A DNA stretch of 64,000 nucleotides from Candidatus Blackburnbacteria bacterium RIFCSPLOWO2_01_FULL_40_20 (GCA_001816475.1 MHCC01000001.1:12622-76621); one strand, 5' to 3'; shown: positions 18,148 through 27,854, counted from the first letter of the stretch. The notes: generated by a model from the sequence alone, not told the origin. Made by a program: numbers and translations.

Positions 18148-18702
18148 ATGGGCATGATCAAACTTGGCTCAAAAGAACTTCGAAAAAACAAACCTGAAGA
18201 GCATCAATTAAAAGAAATTAAAAGGAATCCAATTTATATTGTATTGGATCGGGTTTGGGATACTTATAACATTGGCTCTTTATTTCGTTTGGCTGACGCG
18301 GTTGCAGTTGAAAAAGTATATCTTTGCGGCGATATGGAATACCCTCCTTCTTCCCGAATCCACAAAGCTGCAGTGGGGACTGAAGAATGGGTTCCTTGGG
18401 AAAAAAGAGACACAACAATTGAAGTAATTGATGAATTGAAGAAGAAGGGTGTTCAAATAGTTGCAATTGAACAAGATAGTAGATCAACTCTCCTAAAAGA
18501 ACTTGTACCAAGCTTCCCAGTTGCACTAATTGTTGGACATGAATCTGACGGTGTATCAAAAGAAGTATTGGATAAAGCAGACATTATTGTTGAGTTGCCG
18601 ATGTTTGGAGTAAACAAATCGTTTAACGTTTGGGGCTCGGGCGCTGTCGTTGCCTACAAAGTCCTAGAATACACACAAAAATGTCATCCTGAACGCAAGT
18701 GA
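18148..18702 (+). CDS. SpoU/TrmH-family RNA 2'-O-methyltransferase
   Basis: NIGSLFRLADAVAVEKVYLCG, GHESDGVS and ELPMFGVNKSFNVWGSGAVVAY match the three SPOUT motifs. Confidence 0.75.
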   Translation: MGMIKLGSKELRKNKPEEHQLKEIKRNPIYIVLDRVWDTYNIGSLFRLADAVAVEKVYLCGDMEYPPSSRIHKAAVGTEEWVPWEKRDTTIEVIDELKKKGVQIVAIEQDSRSTLLKELVPSFPVALIVGHESDGVSKEVLDKADIIVELPMFGVNKSFNVWGSGAVVAYKVLEYTQKCHPERK

Positions 18703-18709
18703 AGGATCT

Positions 18710-19021
18710 ATGGGCATGAAGCACTATTACACTTATATTTTGACTAACATAACAAATAATGTTCTTTATACCGGGGTAACAGGCAACTTACTTAAAAGAG
18801 TATGGCAACACAAGAACAAGCTAATTCGTGGTTTCACTCAAAGATATAATGTCAATAAGCTTGTTTACTTTGAAAGTTTCAACAACCCGCATGAAGCAAT
18901 TGCAGCCGAAAAGAAAATAAAAGGTTGGAACAGAGAGAAGAAAATTGCTTTGATTGAATCCAAAAATCACGAATGGAGAGATATGAGTGAAGAACTAGAT
19001 CCTTCGCTTCGCTCAGGATGA
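18710..19021 (+). CDS. GIY-YIG nuclease-family small protein
   Basis: YYTYILTN...LYTGVTGNLLKRVWQH followed by E and N residues fits the GIY-YIG domain. Confidence 0.75.
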   Translation: MGMKHYYTYILTNITNNVLYTGVTGNLLKRVWQHKNKLIRGFTQRYNVNKLVYFESFNNPHEAIAAEKKIKGWNREKKIALIESKNHEWRDMSEELDPSLRSG

Positions 19022-19072
19022 CAACCTAACCAGTGCTCAGGATGACAACCTAACCAGTGCTCAGAAAAAACA
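19019..19072 (+). repeat. tandem direct repeat, 24-bp unit GCTCAGGATGACAACCTAACCAGT x2.25
   Basis: Two perfect copies plus a partial third, starting at the GIY-YIG gene's stop codon. The GTCATCCTGAG core recurs at 28354 and (as GTCCTGAGC) at 44948 and 45448. Confidence 0.7.
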
Positions 19073-19173
19073 GCTCGTCGCCATAATAATTATTGTCCCC
19101 GCCCTGTCAGCAAATTTTCGTTCTCGATCTAAATCGGAACAAATTTCTGCTTGACAGGGCGAGGTTGCGGTAG

Positions 19174-19431
19174 TTATGACAGCTTGAGCGTAAAGTACCT
19201 GCTATCGTGGTCAAGTTCCTTGACTTCCCAGTCGCCCTCCTTCAAGCGCCGCAGTGTTTCTGCATCTATTCTTGCAGAACCATACCGACGCATTCGAACT
19301 TGAATAGTTTCCCCATTCCGGTATTCTCTGTCAATTTGGATATTGACCAGCCTGATTGTCTCTTCGACCCAGTCTTGTTGGCCCTCACCCAAATCTTGAA
19401 CAGACTCCTTAGTGATTACGTCAAACCTCAC
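19174..19431 (-). CDS. hypothetical protein (GC-rich segment)
   Basis: 85-aa ORF in the compositionally distinct block 19170-21000. Confidence 0.3.
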   Translation of the reverse strand: MRFDVITKESVQDLGEGQQDWVEETIRLVNIQIDREYRNGETIQVRMRRYGSARIDAETLRRLKEGDWEVKELDHDSRYFTLKLS

Positions 19432-19452
19432 TTCTTCCTCCTTTGTTGTTTC

Positions 19453-19668
19453 TCAAGGAAAAATCAAATGCCAACCGCCAAGCAGGAGTGGAACAATCCC
19501 CACGAGCGCAACAACAAAAAGACAACCGGCGGACGCTCCTATGTCTTCAAACTCAAACGGAACGCGAGGTTGCCTGTTGGGGTTGTAACCCTCCATCATC
19601 CTAATACCAAGCACAACGAAAAATCCAACCCACAGGAAGCCGAAAATTGCTTCGACAACTGAAAACAC
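19453..19668 (-). CDS. small membrane protein (two TM)
   Basis: FGFLWVGFFVVLGI and LFVVALVGIVPLLLGGW hydrophobic segments. Confidence 0.35.
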   Translation of the reverse strand: MFSVVEAIFGFLWVGFFVVLGIRMMEGYNPNRQPRVPFEFEDIGASAGCLFVVALVGIVPLLLGGWHLIFP

Positions 19669-20147
19669 ATCTCCTCCTTTTAGCCAGCCAACTTTCTTGC
19701 CGCATCAAGAACCAGAATCATACAAGCAAAGAAACTTACCGTGAGCGGTCCGAATGCAAGGAGTGTCCGCTTGTTGATTTCAGCGACAACCAGATCCTTT
19801 GCAACACCTGCTTCTTGCATTTGGAAAGATCTGTCCCCATCTGCAATACGCAGTGCAACAAGAAGAAACACGCCAAGCTGTGCGACGCCAACCAAAGCTT
19901 CAGTCAAAGAGCTCACAACTCCTCCTTCTTTTGATATGTCAAGGAAGATGCGATAGCGAGTACCGCAGATCCCCGTACACACGCATTTGCGACGCGAGGA
20001 CGCGCAGCCCTCGGGAGCAATCAGGTGTTGTAGCGGGATAAATGTGCTGATGTGATAATACCACAAACGAAGTGAAATAATCAAAATTATGGGTTAAAAC
20101 AAAAGTAGTAATATTGTTTTCTTTAATCTTCCTTTTTAAAGAAACAC

Positions 20148-20211
20148 TAAAGAGAACCGCGATGGGGTCAACAAACTCAAAAGAGTCTGAAAACCCCATC
20201 GCGTGACTTCG
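20148..20211. repeat. stem-loop repeat copy 1 (GAGAACCGCGATGGGGT-loop-ACCCCATCGCG), probable terminator of the CSD gene
   Basis: 11-bp perfect stem CGCGATGGGGT/ACCCCATCGCG with ~33-nt loop, followed on the minus strand by a T-rich tract. A near-identical copy lies at 21267..21319. Confidence 0.6.
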
Positions 20212-20217
20212 CGGAAC

Positions 20218-20985
20218 CTAGACTACTGACATCAGAGCACGTGCCCTGTTCATGAACTGCTCGGTTGTCACCGTTGATGACCGAAATTTCGGCCGGGCAA
20301 TTCCTCGAACAAGGTCACCAAAGCCGATCGGCAACTGTTCCCTGATCCTGTCTGCAAGTTCAATGTCCGTACGACGCTTGACCTTGCGCGGATCTGGGCA
20401 TTGCTGCCACTCCTCCTCGCCGCTGCGCTTGACCATCCAGCAGTGCTGTGTTTGGTTTCCTGCTCCCTGGAGAATCAGACGCCGAATCGGGTCGGATTTT
20501 GGATCCTCGCCGCGGTCCGGGATTGGAAACTCGTACTGCAACGCTTCGAGATTGACGCCTTCCCAAAGCAGCTCATGATCGAGCTTCTCGAACTTTACCG
20601 TTTTGATACGGTAAAGTCGGTATCTTGGCAATGCCGCAATCTTTGCAGCGATAGCTGCCTCGTAGGCCTTGTTTTCGTCGATCAACTTCTGGAGGTAGTC
20701 GTACTCGGTCTGAGTACTCCACGCACCGGTCCGCCAACGACGATCCACAGGCTGCTCCCGATCGAAAACGAGTTCGAAAACGAGTTCGTCCCCTCCTTTG
20801 GGATACACAAGACCAGGAAGGTTGTCGCCATACAGACCGGTCAAAAGGAATTCGGGCTCATCTTGACCTCTGACAAGCCGGTAGGCGTGCTTGATGTGCA
20901 AAAAGACCTTACCGTCCTCCAGGTTAACAAACCCGAACCCGCGATCCTCGGAAAAGAATTCTACCGTCCCTTTGTGCAACTTCAT
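20218..20985 (-). CDS. cold-shock-domain protein with long C-terminal extension
   Basis: N-terminus KGTVEFFSEDRGFGFVNLEDGKVFLHI resembles CspA-type RNP motifs. GC-rich. Contains a 13-bp tandem duplication cgaaaacgagttcg x2 (20761-20790). Confidence 0.55.
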   Translation of the reverse strand: MKLHKGTVEFFSEDRGFGFVNLEDGKVFLHIKHAYRLVRGQDEPEFLLTGLYGDNLPGLVYPKGGDELVFELVFDREQPVDRRWRTGAWSTQTEYDYLQKLIDENKAYEAAIAAKIAALPRYRLYRIKTVKFEKLDHELLWEGVNLEALQYEFPIPDRGEDPKSDPIRRLILQGAGNQTQHCWMVKRSGEEEWQQCPDPRKVKRRTDIELADRIREQLPIGFGDLVRGIARPKFRSSTVTTEQFMNRARALMSVV

Positions 20986-21266
20986 CTTATTTCCTTTCAG
21001 TCTAATTTGGCCAAATTACATTTTGCCCACGAACTTTTGCAAACCACAAAGGTGGTACGCAAAACGCCGCAGGCAAAATATCCGCGAAATATAAAAGTGC
21101 TAAAGTCTACAAAAGACAAAAATGAAGCTAATAATTAGCTTCTATTTGTCCTTTGCAATATGGCCTATATTATACACCTGAATAACCAAAAAGTCAAGAA
21201 TATGGGATATTAAAATAGAAGATTAATTTGAACCCTTGATGCTCGTCTTCATGTATTGATATATGA

Positions 21267-21319
21267 AGAGAGAACCGCGATGGGGTTTGCAAACCTTTTG
21301 GGTCTGTAAACCCCATCGT
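21267..21319. repeat. stem-loop repeat copy 2 (AGAGAACCGCGATGGGGT-loop-ACCCCATCG)
   Basis: Same 18-nt left arm as copy 1. Positioned just downstream (minus sense) of ORF 21366..21692. Confidence 0.6.
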
Positions 21320-21365
21320 CAAATCAGCCGTGAGCGGCCGAGCACCGCCGTTGCTCCTTGCCAGT

Positions 21366-21692
21366 TTATCTGCTGAAAACCGATGCAAGCGCACGTTCCA
21401 CCATATCCGGATTCTTGGTATACAAAAACACAACTTGGATAGAACGAGGTCCACGAACCTTAGCTTGAACCCCACCTACGATCGGTATAAACTTCACATT
21501 GTAATCGCCAGCAGGAAGCCCCATCTTGATCGGTCCCAAGGAGATCTTATTCACTTCCGGCAGCTTTTGAGCAGCCTTCACAAACTTTTCAGCTGCATCA
21601 ATAACTGTTGTGTGCGAACGGTTGACCTTGCCACCAGAAATGTGCTTCATTGCCTCCTCCACAACTGATATATCAAAGAACGATCTTGCCAA
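21366..21692 (-). CDS. hypothetical protein
   Basis: 108-aa ORF with no motif assigned. Confidence 0.4.
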   Translation of the reverse strand: MARSFFDISVVEEAMKHISGGKVNRSHTTVIDAAEKFVKAAQKLPEVNKISLGPIKMGLPAGDYNVKFIPIVGGVQAKVRGPRSIQVVFLYTKNPDMVERALASVFSR

Positions 21693-21893
21693 ACAAACTC
21701 ACGCCCTGTTGGCAAGTACAACAAGAAAAAAACAGACTGCAAATTGTCAGCCTTTTAAACGTAACAATAGCCTGCTTTTTTAACTTGCATTGTGCCCAAT
21801 TGTACCACTAAAATGGCCAAAGTCAATAAATATAGGATATAACATACTCTACCCTCCTTTACATCTCCTTTAATAATTGCTAACCTGGATTCT

Positions 21894-22385
21894 GTGGAAC
21901 AATTAATAGTTTTCTCTGCCAAGTACTTCTTTGCCCTTGCCCCATTTGTTGCAACTGTTTTCTTTTTCATGCTCAAAAAGAATCTCAAAATTAAATTCCT
22001 CGCGCTTTCTGCTTTATCTTTATCTTTATCTTTATCTCTTGCCAAACTCCTCAACAAGATAATTGTCGATCCTCGCCCCTTTGTTGTAAACCACATTCAA
22101 CCCCTTATTCCCCATGCACCCGACAACGGTTTCCCATCAGACCACACACTTTTGGTTGCAACAATAGCTTCAATTGTCTTTGTGTTCAACAAAAAACTTG
22201 GGATCGTTATAATGGTGTTAGCAGTAATCGTTGGATATTCTCGTGTTCTTGCACAAATCCACCACCCGCTGGATATAGCAGGAAGCGTTCTAATCGCCGT
22301 TGTGGCGACTTGGGCATCGAGACTAATATTAACGAGGCTTAATTTTAAATCTAAATTTGAAAATTCAATGAAAATTGTAAATTGA
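21894..22385 (+). CDS. PAP2-family phosphatase (undecaprenyl-diphosphatase-like)
   Basis: The three PAP2 motifs are present: DPRPF (KxxxxxxRP), FPSDHT (PSGH) and SRVLAQIHHPLD (SRxxxxxHxxxD). Contains a (TCTTTA)4-5 microsatellite encoding LSLSLSLSLS. Confidence 0.7.
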   Translation: MEQLIVFSAKYFFALAPFVATVFFFMLKKNLKIKFLALSALSLSLSLSLAKLLNKIIVDPRPFVVNHIQPLIPHAPDNGFPSDHTLLVATIASIVFVFNKKLGIVIMVLAVIVGYSRVLAQIHHPLDIAGSVLIAVVATWASRLILTRLNFKSKFENSMKIVN

Positions 22386-22387
22386 TT

Positions 22388-22410
22388 CCGATCCTATCGG
22401 AATTGAAAAT
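22388..22410. promoter_or_regulatory. palindrome GATTCCGATCCTATCGGAATTG flanked by GAAAATT heptamer repeats (copy 1 of 4)
   Basis: 7-bp arms TTCCGAT/ATCGGAA with 3-nt spacer; the same element occurs at 23186, 27410 and 30269. Confidence 0.4.
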
Positions 22411-22416
22411 TGAAAA

Positions 22417-23178
22417 TTATTTCAAGGCTGCCTCCATTAACTGCGCCACGGTTAAGGACGATACTGCTCCACTTATTACCCAAGCATTACCCCGCTCGTC
22501 AAGCAAGAAATTTGCAGGAGTCCCGTTGACTTGAGCTTCTAAACCACCATCCGAATCTTCTTTTACCTTTTGGGTAGTTGCACCACTGTCCAAACATTTC
22601 TGGAAGGCAGTTTTGTTCAAGCCTAATTCAATTGCAATTTTAGGAAGTTGGCTTGCGTCAAGTCCGTTGTTTGCTGGCGTAACCTCAAAAACTTTATCAA
22701 TGTATGACCAAAAGACATCTTCTCCGCCGAGCTGCGAAGCACACTCTGCCGCAGCTGCCTCAGGTCGAGCTTTTGAATGAAGTGAATCAAGTGGAAAATG
22801 ACGATAAACCCAACGCACCTTTCCATCGTAATCAGCAAGCATTTTTTGCAAGACCGGGTGCATTTGCTTGCAAAACGGACATTCAAGATCTGAGTACTCA
22901 ATCCAAGTTAACTTTGCGTCTTTTGAGCCTTTAATGTGATCTTTGTTGGTAATTGGCGGAAGATTTAGTGTATCTGCCTTAATCGGAGAAGGAATAGATG
23001 GCCGCGCAGGTGGATTTGCGGCGTTTGCACCTGCAACATCCCCACCGTTCTTGTTTTCAAGGTATTGTACGCGCTGCCAAAGAACACCCAAGAAAAAAGT
23101 GCCAACCAAAACACCTGCTATTCCAACTGGTATGAGTATGCTTTTAACAGTATTATTCATATACGATTTAATTTTCAA
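22417..23178 (-). CDS. membrane-anchored DsbA-like thiol:disulfide oxidoreductase
   Basis: N-terminal TM helix, thioredoxin-fold CPFC active site (LECPFCKQMHP). Confidence 0.7.
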   Translation of the reverse strand: MKIKSYMNNTVKSILIPVGIAGVLVGTFFLGVLWQRVQYLENKNGGDVAGANAANPPARPSIPSPIKADTLNLPPITNKDHIKGSKDAKLTWIEYSDLECPFCKQMHPVLQKMLADYDGKVRWVYRHFPLDSLHSKARPEAAAAECASQLGGEDVFWSYIDKVFEVTPANNGLDASQLPKIAIELGLNKTAFQKCLDSGATTQKVKEDSDGGLEAQVNGTPANFLLDERGNAWVISGAVSSLTVAQLMEAALK

Positions 23179-23185
23179 TTTTCAA

Positions 23186-23210
23186 TTCCGATCCTATCGG
23201 AATCAATAAC
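23186..23210. promoter_or_regulatory. palindrome AATTCCGATCCTATCGGAATC with flanking (C)AATTTTC iterons (copy 2)
   Basis: Lies in the trxB-dsbA intergenic region. Heptamer units attttcaattttcaatt on one side and tgaaaattgaaaattgtaaattgaaaatt on the other. Confidence 0.4.
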
Positions 23211-23304
23211 CAATTTACAATGAATTTTCAAATTCTAATTTTCAAACTGTTTGGAACTTGATAATTGGGATTTGATTGAAAATTGAAAATTGTAAATTGA
23301 AAAT

Positions 23305-24300
23305 TTATTTGTGTTCCATTAACCACTTCTCAACGTCTAAGGCTGCCATGCAACCAAAAGCAGCCGCCGTCACCGCCTGTTTGTAGTGGTAATCGTGAAC
23401 ATCTCCTGCAGCAAAAACCCCCTCAACGCTTGTCTTTGTACGATCAAAAACTTTGATATACCCTTTCTCGTCCAAATCAATTTCACCTTTGAAAATATTT
23501 GTTGCTGGAGTATGGCCTATCGCAACAAATATACCATCAATTGGAAACTCTACAACTTCTTTCGTTTTATTGTCCCTTATTTTTACCCCTACTACCCTTA
23601 CTTCCCCTATCACATCCACTATCTCACGGTTTAATAACAGCTTAATTTTTGGGTCTTTTGAGACCTTTTCTTGCATTATTTTTGAAGCCCTAAATTCATC
23701 TCGTCTGTGAACTATTGCTACTTCGGCGGCAAACCTTGATAAGACCAATGCCTCCTCCATTGCAGAGTCTCCACCCCCAATAACAATAATGTTTTTATCC
23801 CTAAAAAATGGGGCATCGCAAGGAGCGCAAGAAGATACACCGCGACCTATCAACTTTTGCTCGTTGGGCAACCCAAGCCATGTGGTTTGGGCACCAGTTG
23901 CAATAATTACAGACCTTGCTTTGTATTCTTTGTTTCCAGCCCATGCAGAAAACTCGCCAACATTCTTAAAAGCAACTTTCTCAACGTCTTCAAGTACAAT
24001 TATTGCGCCAAACCTTTCTGCTTGTTTGCGTATCTTGTCCATGAGCTTTGGCCCCATGATTCCCTCAGGAAACCCTGGGAAATTTTCAACTTCAGTTGTC
24101 AACATCAATTGCCCACCCCAAGAAGTACCTCCAATAACGACAGTAGAAAGAGCGGCTCGCGTTGTATAAATAGCAGAAGTTAACCCCGCGGGTCCCGATC
24201 CAATGATCAAAACATCAAAGACTTCGCCAGACCCACGAGTCATACTTGACCCATTAGACATACTCATCTCAAGTTTGCCCTCCAGTTTGTTCCCCTTCAT
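23305..24300 (-). CDS. trxB: thioredoxin-disulfide reductase
   Basis: FAD-binding IIGSGPAG, redox-active CAPCD and NADPH-binding IGGGDSAMEEA motifs. Confidence 0.85.
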   Translation of the reverse strand: MKGNKLEGKLEMSMSNGSSMTRGSGEVFDVLIIGSGPAGLTSAIYTTRAALSTVVIGGTSWGGQLMLTTEVENFPGFPEGIMGPKLMDKIRKQAERFGAIIVLEDVEKVAFKNVGEFSAWAGNKEYKARSVIIATGAQTTWLGLPNEQKLIGRGVSSCAPCDAPFFRDKNIIVIGGGDSAMEEALVLSRFAAEVAIVHRRDEFRASKIMQEKVSKDPKIKLLLNREIVDVIGEVRVVGVKIRDNKTKEVVEFPIDGIFVAIGHTPATNIFKGEIDLDEKGYIKVFDRTKTSVEGVFAAGDVHDYHYKQAVTAAAFGCMAALDVEKWLMEHK

Positions 24301-24520
24301 TTGGCACTGTTGGATTAGCAGCCGGTTGCTCTGCAGGTGCTTGCCCTAAACCGCTCTGGTTCGGGGTAGCGGATGATGTCGGTTGAGTCACCGCTGGTGC
24401 AGATGGTATCTCAGTAATTGACGACACAGCAGGTTGTGCTGGTTGTGCTGGTTGTGCAGGTTGAGGCTGCGCAGCTGGTGCTTGTCCTGGGTTTACTGGT
24501 TGTTGATCTTGTGGATTCAT
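24269..24520 (-). CDS. low-complexity Pro/Gln/Ala-rich ORF overlapping the trxB start (doubtful)
   Basis: Encoded by a 9-bp tandem repeat GGTTGTGCT x3 (PAQPAQPAQ); GC-rich; different frame from trxB. Confidence 0.2.
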   Translation of the reverse strand: MNPQDQQPVNPGQAPAAQPQPAQPAQPAQPAVSSITEIPSAPAVTQPTSSATPNQSGLGQAPAEQPAANPTVPNEGEQTGGQT

Positions 24521-24674
24521 TAAAACATATCACCCCCTAACTCACGAAATTTGAAATTTTAAATTTTAAATTTGAATTCAATTTGAAAATCACAATTTTA
24601 AATGTTTAAAAATTGAAAATTGAGATTTTGGATTTCATTGAAAATTTTAAATTGAAAATTGAAAATTGCAAAAG

Positions 24675-24992
24675 CTACGCTTTTGCTAAAAGGTCTTCAA
24701 ATGGTTTTCTTCCTCCGAATCCGATTTGTCGCCCTACTTCTTTTCCGTCTTTGAATAAAATTGTTGTGGGAATAGACATAACTTGGAGGGCTTGTGCGCT
24801 TGCAGGATTTTTATCTACATCAATTTTAACAAAATCTATCTGGCCTTCATATTCTTTTGAGAGCTCCTCAAGAATGGGCCCTGCGAGTCGGCAAGGCCCG
24901 CACCAAACAGCATGCAAATCCACAAGCACCGGGGTCTTGTTTTCCGTCACTTTTTGCCTAAAATCTTGGTCTGTTACGTCAATTAAAGCCAT
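24675..24992 (-). CDS. trxA: thioredoxin
   Basis: WCGPC active site, 105 aa. Confidence 0.85.
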   Translation of the reverse strand: MALIDVTDQDFRQKVTENKTPVLVDLHAVWCGPCRLAGPILEELSKEYEGQIDFVKIDVDKNPASAQALQVMSIPTTILFKDGKEVGRQIGFGGRKPFEDLLAKA

Positions 24993-25094
24993 CGCTCTTT
25001 ACTGCTCGTCTAGCCTATCACAAAAGGGGGGATTGGAGTCAAGTAGTGTTTTCACGGATGCAATTTTCCAACACGCCAAAAAGAGGAAATTCCC

Positions 25095-27344
25095 TTACTT
25101 CCCTAATCCAACCCTTTTCAACAACAATGAATTTGAAACAACTGAAACTGAAGACATTGCCATGGCAGCTGAGGCAAAGATGGGGCTAAGCAGTATTTTT
25201 GCGAACGGATATAAGGCACCCATCGCCACAGGAATCAAAATAACGTTATATCCAAACGCCCAAATCAAGTTCATCCGAATTGTTCTCATTGTTTTCCGTG
25301 ACAGTTCAATCGCCCGCGCAACAGAGCGCAAATCTTTGTTAACCAAGGTTATACTTGCTGCCTCAATTGCCACATCCGTTCCCGTTCCCATTGCAATCCC
25401 GATGTCAGCTGCCGCCAGCGCCGGTGCGTCGTTTATCCCGTCCCCCACCATTGCAACAACTTTCCTCTCGGCTTGAATTTTCCTAACTTCTGCTTCTTTC
25501 CCGTCCGGCAAAACTTCCGCTAAAACACGTTTAATCCCAACTTGCCCGGCAATAGCCTCAGCCGTCCTTTCGTTGTCTCCGGTTATCATCACAACTTCAA
25601 TTCCCATTTTTTGCAAAGCTGCAACACCTTCTTTCGCGCTATCCTTAATTTGATCTGCAACCGCAATTAATCCTGTCAATTCCCCGCCAACTCCAAGCAT
25701 CATAACTGTCTTTCCTTCCCGCTCAATTTTTACCAATCCCATTTCCTCTTCCTTCTCTATCTTTATCTTCTCTCTTTGCATTAGTTTTATATTTCCCAAT
25801 ACAACCCGTACGCCTCCAATCTCTCCTACGACCCCGAACCCCGCTATCGCCTTAAACCCTTCGACTCCGCTCAGAACAAGCCCTTCTTCCTCTGCCTTTT
25901 TGACAATAGCCTCGGCCAGCGAGTGCTCCGAACCCTTCTCCAAAGACGCTGCCATTTTCAAAACATACCCCTTATCTCCCTTAGCCTTAATTCCCACCAC
26001 ATCTGTTACCTCTGGTTTTCCTCGCGTTAAAGTTCCTGTCTTGTCAAAAATAACAGTATTGATTTTGAGTGCAGTCTCCAGACTCTCTGCGTCTTTTATC
26101 AAAATCCCGTTTTCTGCTCCCTTACCTGTTCCAACCATAATTGCAGTTGGCGTTGCCAGCCCCATTGCGCAAGGGCAAGCGATAATCAACACGGCAATCG
26201 CGTTTAGCATTGCAAAAAGAAAAGTAGGTGAAGGACCGAAGTTGTACCAAACAACAAAAGTTAAGATAGAAAGCATAATAACAACAGGAACGAAATATGA
26301 AGAAACTGAATCAACCAACTTTTGTATCGGTGCTTTGCTTGCTTGAGCATCAGCAACAAGCTTAATAATTTGAGCAAGCATAGTTTCCTGTCCAACTTTT
26401 GAGGCCTTAAAGGTAAATGTACCGGTCTTGTTAAGCGTCGCCCCAATCACAACATCGCCTTTTGTCTTGTCAATTGGCAGGCTTTCACCCGTTACCATAG
26501 ACTCATCTATCGAGGATTCTCCATCTTCAATAATCCCGTCCGTTGGTATCTTCTCTCCTGGCCGCACGCGAACAATGTCGCCCGCCACTACTTGCCCGAT
26601 AGGCACATCCATTTCTTTACCACTCTTTAAAACTCTGGCAGTTTTGGCTTGTAATCCAATAAGTTTTTTGATGGCCTCCGAAGTCCCTGCCTTTGCACGA
26701 GCTTCAAAATACCTGCCCAACAAAATTAAACCAATCACAACGGTTGAAACGTCAAAATATGGCATAACTTCAAAACCTGCTCTTTCTAAAAATTGTGGGA
26801 AAAGTGTTGCAACAACAGAAAATGAATAAGCAGCAGTCGTGCCAATGGCAATGAGTGTATCCATATTGGCAGTCCTGTGGCGAAGTGCGGGGATAGTGCC
26901 CTTGTAAAACTGTAACCCTGGCCAAAATTGAACAATGGTGGCCATTACGAGTTGAAAATAAAAGTCCTTCAAAAACAAAGGCGCTGTGTCCACCAAAACC
27001 GGAAAGCTTCCCCAAACAATCAATCCAGCAAATACTAAACTGACAATCACATCGCGAAGAAGCCTGCGAAGCTCTCTGGACTTTTCCTCTTTATCTTTAT
27101 CTTTATCTGCCTCCATCTCTGTCTCTTGCTTTATCCCATACCCAATATTCGATACCGCTGAAAAAATTTGCTCATCCGTTGTCTTTTGGGGGTCAAACGC
27201 TACTGTTGCCCGTTCTGTAACTAAGCTAACCTGGGCCGAGAATACTCCATCCACCTTCTCCAAAGCCTTTTCAATAAGCCTCACACAAGATGCACAATGC
27301 ATTCCTTTGACGGAATAAGTTCGATTAATTAGTTTTTTCTCCAT
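25095..27344 (-). CDS. copA: copper-translocating P1B-type ATPase
   Basis: N-terminal HMA domain GMHCASC, CPC transmembrane motif, DKTGTLT phosphorylation site, GDGINDAP hinge. Contains a CTTTAT hexamer repeat encoding DKDKDKEEK. Confidence 0.9.
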   Translation of the reverse strand: MEKKLINRTYSVKGMHCASCVRLIEKALEKVDGVFSAQVSLVTERATVAFDPQKTTDEQIFSAVSNIGYGIKQETEMEADKDKDKEEKSRELRRLLRDVIVSLVFAGLIVWGSFPVLVDTAPLFLKDFYFQLVMATIVQFWPGLQFYKGTIPALRHRTANMDTLIAIGTTAAYSFSVVATLFPQFLERAGFEVMPYFDVSTVVIGLILLGRYFEARAKAGTSEAIKKLIGLQAKTARVLKSGKEMDVPIGQVVAGDIVRVRPGEKIPTDGIIEDGESSIDESMVTGESLPIDKTKGDVVIGATLNKTGTFTFKASKVGQETMLAQIIKLVADAQASKAPIQKLVDSVSSYFVPVVIMLSILTFVVWYNFGPSPTFLFAMLNAIAVLIIACPCAMGLATPTAIMVGTGKGAENGILIKDAESLETALKINTVIFDKTGTLTRGKPEVTDVVGIKAKGDKGYVLKMAASLEKGSEHSLAEAIVKKAEEEGLVLSGVEGFKAIAGFGVVGEIGGVRVVLGNIKLMQREKIKIEKEEEMGLVKIEREGKTVMMLGVGGELTGLIAVADQIKDSAKEGVAALQKMGIEVVMITGDNERTAEAIAGQVGIKRVLAEVLPDGKEAEVRKIQAERKVVAMVGDGINDAPALAAADIGIAMGTGTDVAIEAASITLVNKDLRSVARAIELSRKTMRTIRMNLIWAFGYNVILIPVAMGALYPFAKILLSPIFASAAMAMSSVSVVSNSLLLKRVGLGK

Positions 27345-27409
27345 GTTTTGATTGTTCTAACAGGCTCAATTTTTAATTTGAAATTTTAAACATTAAAAAT
27401 TTATATTTC

Positions 27410-27432
27410 ATTGAAAATTGATTCCGATAGGA
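27410..27432. promoter_or_regulatory. palindrome GATTCCGATAGGATCGGAATTG with GAAAATT flanks, upstream of copA (copy 3; loop inverted relative to copies 1-2)
   Basis: Same 7-bp arms with the spacer AGG instead of CCT. Confidence 0.4.
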
Positions 27433-27445
27433 TCGGAATTGAAAA

Positions 27446-27805
27446 TTATTTTACTATTATCTTCCCCCGGTACATATTCATGCCGCATGAATATGTATAT
27501 TCGCCCGTCTTTTGAGGATTTATTTCAACAGTAACCTTTTCACCCAAGGGCAAATCGCGCTTTATCTTAAAATCTCCTAAAACAACTTCGCTCAAACAAT
27601 CATTTTCATCCTTGCGAGTAAAGTTAATTATTGTAGTCTTGCCACGAGGAACGGTAATAATGTTTGGTGTATATCCACCATCTACTGTTATGTCAACAGA
27701 TCCGGAAGCCTTGACTTCTTTTTCCTTTTTGCCAAGGAAAAACCAATAAACAAACCCAATTCCCATAACGCCAATAATGGTAACGACTAATTTATCAATA
27801 CTCAT
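27446..27805 (-). CDS. cupredoxin-like domain protein (membrane-anchored)
   Basis: N-terminal TM helix. C-terminal EYTYSCGMNMYRGKIIV resembles the Cys/Met metal-binding motif of cupredoxin_1-type domains. The same motif type is at the C-terminus of ORF 29243..30253. Confidence 0.55.
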   Translation of the reverse strand: MSIDKLVVTIIGVMGIGFVYWFFLGKKEKEVKASGSVDITVDGGYTPNIITVPRGKTTIINFTRKDENDCLSEVVLGDFKIKRDLPLGEKVTVEINPQKTGEYTYSCGMNMYRGKIIVK

Positions 27806-27815
27806 AATCTCCTTG

Positions 27816-27854
27816 CCCCTAACGTACTCCGATCAGATCGGAGGAAGTGGGGTA
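27816..27854. repeat. 39-bp hairpin repeat, copy 2 (identical to 3737..3775)
   Basis: Overlaps the stop codon of the small ORF 27847..27996. On the minus strand it ends GGGGCAAGGAGATTATG, supplying the Shine-Dalgarno sequence and ATG of the cupredoxin gene. Confidence 0.7.

Noticed and set aside
21755-22096. ORF 21755..22096 (minus) containing DKDKDKDK
   Set aside because: Antisense to the well-supported PAP2 phosphatase gene; the open frame is produced by the hexamer repeat.
22340-24670. Tandem GAAAATT/AATTTTC heptamer arrays (22.4, 23.2, 24.6, 27.4, 30.3 kb) considered as a possible CRISPR array
   Set aside because: Unit is only 7 bp with no unique spacers of 25-40 bp and no cas genes; these are iteron-like microsatellites, not CRISPR.
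25900-27318. Plus-strand ORFs 25900..26346, 26428..26829, 26986..27318
   Set aside because: Antisense to copA, whose P-type ATPase motifs are unambiguous.
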